DNA of 6,118 nucleotides from a virus (Duplodnaviria; Heunggongvirae; Uroviricota; Caudoviricetes): IMG/VR virus record IMGVR_UViG_2703719355_000006, positions 1 to 6,118 of that record; one strand, 5' to 3'. Shown piece by piece: positions 1 to 4,691 of this stretch (position 1 is its first letter; each line of letters starts with the position of its first letter). The notes under the pieces were generated by a model. It saw only the letters and a program-made list of their open reading frames with translations, ran no database searches and was not told where the DNA came from. The position numbers and the translations under genes were made by a program.

Positions 1-503
1 AGGGTGCGAAGAACTATAGTAAACATGCCTTCGACAGTGATTTTCTCGTCCAGCATTTTGCCGATAGTCTTCATTTTCACACGCCCCATAGGGGTTTCTT
101 CGGTATGGGCAAGAAAATAGACTCTCAGGTCATCAGGCGCATCCTGTGCAGCCTTAATGACCTCCCATGCGTGACGGCCTATCTCAGTGAATTTATCAAA
201 CGATTTTTCTTCTGAGCGGCGCATAAACTCATTGCTCATCACATACTGGAAGTCATCAACAATAACGATTCTTTTCCCGTATTCGTGAGCACGCTTAATT
301 ACAGCAACTATTACGTCCCATTTGTCAGTGGTAACTACGGTTCCTTTTTTTGCTCTGGAATCCCATGCAAGCCAGTCTTTTGATTTAAATGGTAGCGGCT
401 TGCCTATTGGTTTTATAAGTATTGCTTCCTCTGGATTGATATTTCTCATGCTGGTTGATTTTCCGGTGCCAGACTCACCGAGTATTAATGTCGCAGTTCC
501 CAT
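1..503 (-). CDS. P-loop NTPase, Sak4/AAA_24-like phage recombination-associated ATPase (N-terminal ~167 codons; 3' end beyond window edge)
   Basis: Minus-strand frame open from ATG (503-501) to position 1, translated by hand with no stops: MGTATLILGESGTGKSTSMRNINPEEAILIKP...RIVIVDDFQYVM...VYFLAHTEE... Walker A GESGTGKS at residues 9-16; hydrophobic-DD stretch (IVIVDD) consistent with Walker B. GAGG about 8 nt upstream of ATG. Absent from ORF track because no stop lies inside the window. Family assignment is from motif pattern and recall only. Confidence 0.7.
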   Translation of the reverse strand, partial: MGTATLILGESGTGKSTSMRNINPEEAILIKPIGKPLPFKSKDWLAWDSRAKKGTVVTTDKWDVIVAVIKRAHEYGKRIVIVDDFQYVMSNEFMRRSEEKSFDKFTEIGRHAWEVIKAAQDAPDDLRVYFLAHTEETPMGRVKMKTIGKMLDEKITVEGMFTIVLRT

Positions 504-511
504 AATTTGCC

Positions 512-700
512 TCAGAATGGTAATTCGGATGGGGAGGAAAGAAACTCGCGCTCATTCATGCGCTCTCTTTGTGCCTGCCATAAACAAAGTTGTTTCTTTG
601 ATTTATCTCCCGCTTTACGCCAGTAACGAGCCTCAGCAATGTGATATTCTCTTTTTAATCGACTTAACTCTGGAGTTTTCGCCAGTTCTACCGGAATCAT
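512..700 (-). CDS. hypothetical small protein (62 aa), occupies the position of lambda gam immediately downstream of kil
   Basis: ORF track 512..712 trimmed to second ATG (700-698), which is preceded by GGAGG with a 5-nt spacer; this ATG overlaps the kil stop codon (ATGA overlap), suggesting translational coupling. Protein MIPVELAKTPELSRLKREYHIAEARYWRKAGDKSKKQLCLWQAQRERMNEREFLSSPSELPF; no motif recognised. Confidence 0.55.
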   Translation of the reverse strand: MIPVELAKTPELSRLKREYHIAEARYWRKAGDKSKKQLCLWQAQRERMNEREFLSSPSELPF

Positions 701-810
701 TTTGACCTCCATTTCCTGTAGGCTTCGACGGCCTCACGAAACATCTTTTCATCGCCAATAAAAGTGGCGATAGTGAATTTAGTCTGGATAGCCATAAGTG
801 TTTTATCCAT
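697..810 (-). CDS. kil: Kil-like host-killing/cell-division-inhibitor peptide (37 aa)
   Basis: ORF track 697..936 trimmed to internal ATG (810-808) preceded by AGGAG with a 9-nt spacer. Product MDKTLMAIQTKFTIATFIGDEKMFREAVEAYRKWRSK matches my recollection of the N-terminal portion of lambda Kil (MDQTLMAIQTKFTIATFIGDEKMFREAVDAYKKW...) and lies immediately after cIII as in lambda. The recalled reference sequence is not verified. Confidence 0.6.
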   Translation of the reverse strand: MDKTLMAIQTKFTIATFIGDEKMFREAVEAYRKWRSK

Positions 811-943
811 TTTTTGGGACTCCTGGCTGATTAAGTACGTCGATGAGTCGTTTCCATCCGTCACGTAATTTACGGGTGATTCGTTCAAGTAAAGATTCGG
901 AAGGGCAGCCAGCAACAGGCCACCCTGCAATGGCATATTGCAT
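803..943 (-). CDS. cIII: CIII, inhibitor of FtsH-mediated CII degradation (46 aa)
   Basis: ORF track 803..1003 trimmed to ATG (943-941) preceded by AAGGAG with a 7-nt spacer. Product MQYAIAGWPVAGCPSESLLERITRKLRDGWKRLIDVLNQPGVPKNG is near-identical over its length to lambda CIII as I recall it (amphipathic helix ESLLERITRKLRDGWKRLID), but C-terminally shorter. Confidence 0.9.
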   Translation of the reverse strand: MQYAIAGWPVAGCPSESLLERITRKLRDGWKRLIDVLNQPGVPKNG

Positions 944-1004
944 GGTGTGCTCCTTATTTATACATAACGAAAACGCCTCGAGTGAAGCGTTATTGGTATG
1001 CATA

Positions 1005-1028
1005 TAAAAAAGCCCTCACACTGGAGGG
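1005..1028 (-). terminator. candidate intrinsic terminator (tL-like) upstream of cIII in the pL transcript
   Basis: On minus strand: CCCTC-cagtgt-GAGGG hairpin (1028-1013) followed directly by C-TTTTTT-A (1010-1005). Short 5-bp GC-rich stem; would need N-mediated readthrough for cIII expression. Confidence 0.4.
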
Positions 1029-1091
1029 AAAAGAAGATTTCCAATAATCAGAACAAGTCGGCTCCTGTTTAGTTACGAGCGACATTGCTCC

Positions 1092-1119
1092 GTGTATTCA
1101 CTCGTTGGAATGAATACAC
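1092..1119 (-). other. perfect 9-bp inverted repeat (GTGTATTCA / TGAATACAC) with 10-nt spacer; probable RNA stem-loop in the pL transcript
   Basis: Directly visible: gtgtattca (1092-1100) and tgaatacac (1111-1119) are exact reverse complements. Not followed by a U-run on either strand, so not a classic intrinsic terminator; lies 16 nt downstream of the stop of the acidic 108-aa gene. Confidence 0.5.
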
Positions 1120-1135
1120 AGTGCTTATTCGCAGC

Positions 1136-1462
1136 CTACATAATCACTCCGGTTATTATTACCATTTCAATATCACTATCTTTCATAATGATTGGAGTTG
1201 AGTTATCAACTTTACTTTTACTCCATTTTCCTGCATCAGTTTTTACCGCTCCACAATAAGAAAGCCAATCATCATCACAATGTTCTGGATCACTAATTCT
1301 GACAAGAACACGTGATAGTGCTTTTTCGATACTTTCATCACAATTAGCATTTGTGTAATTGCCGTGAGACAATTTCAAATCGTTAACTTCATCTTCATTG
1401 GCATCAAAAATATAGATTTCAGTCGACTCTGGAACATTTTCATAAACCATTAAAACTTTCAT
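1136..1462 (-). CDS. hypothetical strongly acidic protein (108 aa), accessory gene in the N-cIII interval
   Basis: ORF track 1136..1561 trimmed to ATG (1462-1460) preceded by a purine-rich ATGGGGTAAAA stretch. Product MKVLMVYENVPESTEIYIFDANEDEVNDLKLSHGNYTNANCDESIEKALSRVLVRISDPEHCDDDWLSYCGAVKTDAGKWSKSKVDNSTPIIMKDSDIEMVIITGVIM has about 21 D/E versus 10 K/R. Region is AT-rich (~33% GC by hand count) relative to the neighbouring regulatory genes. Confidence 0.6.
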   Translation of the reverse strand: MKVLMVYENVPESTEIYIFDANEDEVNDLKLSHGNYTNANCDESIEKALSRVLVRISDPEHCDDDWLSYCGAVKTDAGKWSKSKVDNSTPIIMKDSDIEMVIITGVIM

Positions 1463-1502
1463 TTTTACCCCATATTGTTTATGCCAAAAATAAAGGCCAC
1501 CA

Positions 1503-1748
1503 TCAGGCAGCCTTGTTGTAAATGTTGCAGGTATCAAGTAAGTAATTAGATGGAGCGCCATAAATTATGAATTCATCGTTTGTCGGGTCCATCTCTTGGC
1601 CTATTGCCATTCTTGCGTCAGTGTCATCAGAGGCGAAGCATAAAACAGCCCACGCACCCATTGTTTTAAAAAGAACTGCAATTGGCTGTGGTTTTACTGA
1701 ATTTGCGTTAGCGCGAAAATCACAAATCGCACTTTCATGAAATTCCAT
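1503..1748 (-). CDS. hypothetical protein (81 aa), first gene downstream of N
   Basis: Complete minus-strand ORF; ATG (1748-1746) lies 8 nt after the N stop codon (TGAGTTGAGATATG), suggesting coupled translation. No motif recognised. AT-rich. Confidence 0.55.
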   Translation of the reverse strand: MEFHESAICDFRANANSVKPQPIAVLFKTMGAWAVLCFASDDTDARMAIGQEMDPTNDEFIIYGAPSNYLLDTCNIYNKAA

Positions 1749-1756
1749 ATCTCAAC

Positions 1757-2098
1757 TCAATCGTAATAAGCTGGAATTGATTTTCCGCGTTGTTTCTGGC
1801 GGCCTGAGCAAGTCACACCCATTTCACTGCGTGGCTTGCTGTAGTAAATACGGTTCTGTTTACGCTCGACTTCTTCTGCCTTCTTGCAGCGAAGGCTTCC
1901 GAGTGATATTGCTTTTTCAGAAAGGCTTAAACGTTTTCTCGGGGCTTCCTGAACAGGTTCCTCACTGTCTGTGCCGAAGATCGAATCGATGATGTTGCAT
2001 ATAGCATCACGCTCGATAGCCAGCTTTCTGCGCCGCTCATGACGGCGAGTTTTGGCATTTCCTGCAAATGTTGATTTCCCGCACACGATTACCGTCAT
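1757..2098 (-). CDS. N: N-type transcription antitermination protein with P22-type arginine-rich motif (113 aa)
   Basis: ORF track 1757..2182 trimmed to ATG (2098-2096) preceded by GAGGAAA with an 8-nt spacer. N-terminus MTVIVCGKSTFAGNAKTRRHERRRKLAIERD contains the P22 N boxB-binding ARM (GNAKTRRHERRRKLAIER) as I recall it; C-terminus ...YYSKPRSEMGVTCSGRQKQRGKSIPAYYD resembles the lambda N C-terminus (...YSKPGERGITCSGRQKIKGKSIPLI). A cognate nutL lies upstream. Confidence 0.9.
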   Translation of the reverse strand: MTVIVCGKSTFAGNAKTRRHERRRKLAIERDAICNIIDSIFGTDSEEPVQEAPRKRLSLSEKAISLGSLRCKKAEEVERKQNRIYYSKPRSEMGVTCSGRQKQRGKSIPAYYD

Positions 2099-2217
2099 GA
2101 TATTTTCCTCATGTGAAATGGCTTTGGTGGTGATGCGCCAGGTGCTGATCTTCTGGTTGCTGTCGTTGCAGCTGCAATTCACATCACCGCCAAACCCATC
2201 TCGTTTGGTATCTGTTT

Positions 2218-2253
2218 GCGCTTTGTCAGCGCCCCATCGAAGTTAAAGAGCCT
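2218..2253 (-). promoter_or_regulatory. nutL: nutL site: boxA (2242-2253) and P22-type boxB hairpin (2218-2232)
   Basis: Minus strand reads GGCTCTTTAAC (boxA-like, consensus CGCTCTTTA) then GCGCTGACAAAGCGC, which matches the P22 nutL boxB as I recall it (5-bp GC stem, GACAA pentaloop). Located about 120 nt upstream of the N start in the expected orientation. Confidence 0.8.
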
Positions 2254-2289
2254 GCCAATCTGTTCCGTTTGGCTTCCAGCTTCCTGCTG

Positions 2290-2330
2290 ATGGCGATAAT
2301 AATGAACCAATAGTTCGATATTATCAAGAA
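2290..2330 (-). promoter_or_regulatory. putative pL promoter within the OL region
   Basis: On minus strand TTGATA (2326-2321) followed 17-18 nt later by CATTAT/ATTATT (about 2303-2297); the predicted start would fall about 35-40 nt upstream of boxA, matching lambda pL-nutL geometry. Operator sites not resolved; a GTACGAAAA motif (2338-2346) recurs in OR. Confidence 0.3.
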
Positions 2331-2520
2331 CTAATGGTACGAAAATTTTGTGATTTATTAACTCTACGAAATATGATTTTGATATATAAGGAAATTTATT
2401 TTTGTAAATGTTGCGGATGAAGGTTATGCGGCAGGGATCAGAATTTCGTGGTTTAGCAAGTTGTATCTATCAATTTTTCAATAAATACAATTGGTTATGG
2501 TGTTATTAGGTGTGGCGAAC

Positions 2521-2553
2521 GTGAGGCAAAGAAAACCCGGCGCTGAGGCCGGG
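2521..2553 (-). terminator. intrinsic terminator ending the repressor/accessory-gene operon (t-imm analogue)
   Basis: CCCGGC-gctgag-GCCGGG hairpin (2536-2553; 6-bp GC stem) followed on the minus strand by TTTTCTTTG (2535-2527). It sits immediately after the stop codon of the last minus-strand ORF and before the pL region. Confidence 0.55.
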
Positions 2554-2718
2554 CTAGATTTTAAAGTATTTATCTTTTAGAGATGTAGATGTAAAACTTT
2601 TCGCCTTTGAAAATTTTTTGTCATCAGAAGGGCTTATGAACTCATCTTTTTTGTAGGGAACCGCTAATGCTGCATCACGTCTGCGAGGCAGCTTGCTTAC
2701 TTCCTCGCGCTTTTTCAT
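2554..2718 (-). CDS. candidate small basic Ser/Thr/Lys-rich protein (54 aa), not in ORF track
   Basis: Hand translation of minus strand: ATG (2718-2716) lies 2 nt after the kinase TGA stop and is preceded by AAGGA about 10 nt upstream; product MKKREEVSKLPRRRDAALAVPYKKDEFISPSDDKKFSKAKSFTSTSLKDKYFKI; TAG stop (2556-2554) abuts the terminator hairpin. Low-complexity composition makes coding status uncertain. Confidence 0.35.
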   Translation of the reverse strand: MKKREEVSKLPRRRDAALAVPYKKDEFISPSDDKKFSKAKSFTSTSLKDKYFKI

Positions 2719-2720
2719 GA

Positions 2721-3767
2721 TCAGTTATCCTTTAATAACCTATACAGTTTTGTAGGGGTACATCCTGAGGATATTGTTAAGTTCGTAGCACGCCTTTTCC
2801 GCCCATCATCGTATAAACGAAAACCAGTAGTAGACGAATTTTCTGCGTCAAAAACTATAGACAGTATAGCGTCCCCAGACTTTTTTTGCCATTCGCATGT
2901 GCCGTTAGTTGGTTTCGTCATCTGTAGACGCCAGTCAAGAACGCCATCACTTATAGCTGAGAGATCGTTTAGTACATCTAGTACGGATTGATATCTTTCA
3001 TTTGGATCTACATGAATGCATTTGTTCACTATTGTTATTAATTTTTTATGTATATGGGGAGGATACTCTTTTAATGGATAGCAGCCATTAATTATCGACT
3101 CTCTGAGTTGTTCAATCGTGCTAAATGCAGATCTTTCTCTTTCAAAATTATCATGTCCAACACACATTCTATATATGGTTAATCCTGCCTGATATATGTC
3201 ATATGTGAAATTATAATCATTTGTTGATAAAGAAAAATATTCCGGTGGCACATGAAAATGATATCCAAACTCAGGCGCAGCTCTCGATTCCTCATTGACT
3301 AACTGAGATAATCCAAAGTCAGATAGCATGGCCTCATTTCTGTTTGATATCATAATGTTATTAGGTTTTATATCAAAATGCATAAGACCTTTTGAGTGTA
3401 TATGATAAAGTCCGCTTAAAAATTGAATGGAATACCGTATTATCTCCCTGCTTGTAAGATTATTTTTTTTCATTAATTGGTTTAGCGAACCATTATGATA
3501 AAATGGCATGGCTATATAGATATTACTCTCACATTGAGCAGCATACTGAACTTGCACAATATTTGGATGTGCATGTTTATAGAGAAGCCTTGCTTCATTA
3601 AAGTAGTCGTCGTGGTTAGTGTTTTCTTTTTTTTCTATTTCTTTAATCACCAAGTCATGAGCTAGGTGTCTGTCATGAGCCAGATATACTTTTGAAAAAC
3701 AACCCTGTTCTTCTAGATCACTTATCCATTCGAATTCTACATCAGCTCTTTTGTATGGAGTTAGCAT
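2721..3767 (-). CDS. eukaryotic-like (Hanks-type) Ser/Thr/Tyr protein kinase, 348 aa; Stk-like prophage kinase
   Basis: Complete ORF; ATG (3767-3765) preceded by GGAGG with a 7-nt spacer; 7-nt overlap with the stop of the upstream 153-aa gene. Kinase motifs in order: Gly-rich loop EQGCFSKVY, beta3 lysine in LVIKEI, catalytic loop HFDIKPNN (HRD-type with catalytic Asp), DFG in LSDFGLS, APE-like PPEY. About 33% GC, lower than flanking cI and N. Confidence 0.9.
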   Translation of the reverse strand: MLTPYKRADVEFEWISDLEEQGCFSKVYLAHDRHLAHDLVIKEIEKKENTNHDDYFNEARLLYKHAHPNIVQVQYAAQCESNIYIAMPFYHNGSLNQLMKKNNLTSREIIRYSIQFLSGLYHIHSKGLMHFDIKPNNIMISNRNEAMLSDFGLSQLVNEESRAAPEFGYHFHVPPEYFSLSTNDYNFTYDIYQAGLTIYRMCVGHDNFERERSAFSTIEQLRESIINGCYPLKEYPPHIHKKLITIVNKCIHVDPNERYQSVLDVLNDLSAISDGVLDWRLQMTKPTNGTCEWQKKSGDAILSIVFDAENSSTTGFRLYDDGRKRRATNLTISSGCTPTKLYRLLKDN

Positions 3768-4222
3768 CCCCTTACCTCCGCAGATAGTGCAGCCAAAACA
3801 GCTTCATTTGTTTCAGTTGTAAAACCAGAATTATCGATTCCATTTATATTGCGGTGTGACTTCAATATTTCTTTATACTCGATCTCTGTTAGGTTCAATG
3901 ATGATTTCATGCCAGATTTTCTAATAGTGTAATATTTTCTTACATCACTGCTTGAAAATGCTTCTTGAATAACAGCTTCTATATAAAGGCGGTCAATGCT
4001 AAGATTATCAGAGTTTGATTCAGTAACGCGTATGGCAGCTAATTCAACATTATATAAATTAAGAATGTCGAGGATGTTATTTCTCACATACTTTAATTTT
4101 TCTGGTGTGTCTAAGGTCGAAGGTATTTTAATAACATCAACACATTTGAGTGCAGACTCATTAGTGCAATATACAACAAAAGATGTAACTTTGGGCGCCG
4201 CTCTAACACCTAGTATTCTCAT
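3761..4222 (-). CDS. hypothetical protein (153 aa), translationally coupled to the downstream kinase
   Basis: Complete ORF; ATG (4222-4220) with weak AGGA about 10 nt upstream; stop overlaps kinase start. Product MRILGVRAAPKVTSFVVYCTNESALKCVDVIKIPSTLDTPEKLKYVRNNILDILNLYNVELAAIRV...; no catalytic motif recognised. AT-rich like the kinase. Confidence 0.7.
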   Translation of the reverse strand: MRILGVRAAPKVTSFVVYCTNESALKCVDVIKIPSTLDTPEKLKYVRNNILDILNLYNVELAAIRVTESNSDNLSIDRLYIEAVIQEAFSSSDVRKYYTIRKSGMKSSLNLTEIEYKEILKSHRNINGIDNSGFTTETNEAVLAALSAEVRGC

Positions 4223-4289
4223 TTTTTATATCCTATTTTAGAATCAGGCCGCATCTCTGCGACCATCCATCATCCAAACGTCTCTTCAC

Positions 4290-4631
4290 TCATCCGAAGA
4301 AGCAGCAATACGGGTCAGCACGCACAAGCTCAAGCGCATCAGTCAGCGAAAGTTCAGTACTGTACTGATGCCATTTCATATCCTTCCGCATCCAATAGAT
4401 TTTCCATCTATCCAGAGAACGTATGTACTTGATTCTTGCTGATGGCAGGATGTTTGTTTCACCTGGGTTGCCCTGCCACACGGGGCGCTGTTCGCCGATA
4501 TCTATCGTTTGGTCATTGATGCTATAAACAATATCCAGTTCATTGCGGATATGTTCAGGCGGCCTTATGCTTTCAATGAATTGGTGAACTTCTTTTTTGA
4601 CCGCTTGATATTCAAGGTCAGTGAACGCCAT
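4290..4631 (-). CDS. hypothetical protein (113 aa), first gene downstream of cI
   Basis: Complete ORF; ATG (4631-4629) preceded by GAGGAGG with a 4-nt spacer; 60-bp gap after the cI stop. Product has an aromatic/basic motif WKIYWMRKDMKWHQY and C-terminal PYCCFFG; family not identified. GC content near that of cI, unlike the kinase block. Confidence 0.7.
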   Translation of the reverse strand: MAFTDLEYQAVKKEVHQFIESIRPPEHIRNELDIVYSINDQTIDIGEQRPVWQGNPGETNILPSARIKYIRSLDRWKIYWMRKDMKWHQYSTELSLTDALELVRADPYCCFFG

Positions 4632-4691
4632 CTATCCTCCTCACCCAAACGTTTCTTCTGGCCACTGGTTACCAGCTATGTGACGATGAAG

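Noticed and set aside
322-705. Plus-strand ORF of 127 aa
   Set aside because: Lies antisense to the ATPase and the 62-aa gene, which have RBSs, coupling and recognisable motifs; no RBS and no recognisable product.
512-2182. Longer N-terminal extensions given by the ORF track (512..712, 697..936, 803..1003, 1136..1561, 1757..2182) and 5445..5705
   Set aside because: In each case an internal ATG has a properly spaced Shine-Dalgarno sequence and/or matches the known protein N-terminus (CIII MQYAIAGW, N MTVIV, Kil MDKTLMAIQ), while the upstream extension overlaps the preceding gene and lacks an RBS.
1777-2246. Plus-strand ORFs 1777..1992 (71 aa) and 2052..2246 (64 aa)
   Set aside because: Antisense to the well-supported N gene and its nutL leader; Cys/Ser-rich low-complexity translations typical of shadow ORFs.
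2426-2509. Short plus-strand ORF (about 27 aa) in the pL/OL region
   Set aside because: Too short, lies in the AT-rich regulatory region, weak RBS; more likely chance than a gene.
2521-2580. Hairpin 2536-2553 as a plus-strand terminator
   Set aside because: The U-tract is on the minus-strand side; on the plus strand the hairpin is followed by CTAGATTTTAAAG with no immediate U-run and there is no upstream plus-strand gene to terminate.
3996-4241. Plus-strand ORF of 81 aa
   Set aside because: Antisense within the 153-aa minus-strand gene; no RBS.
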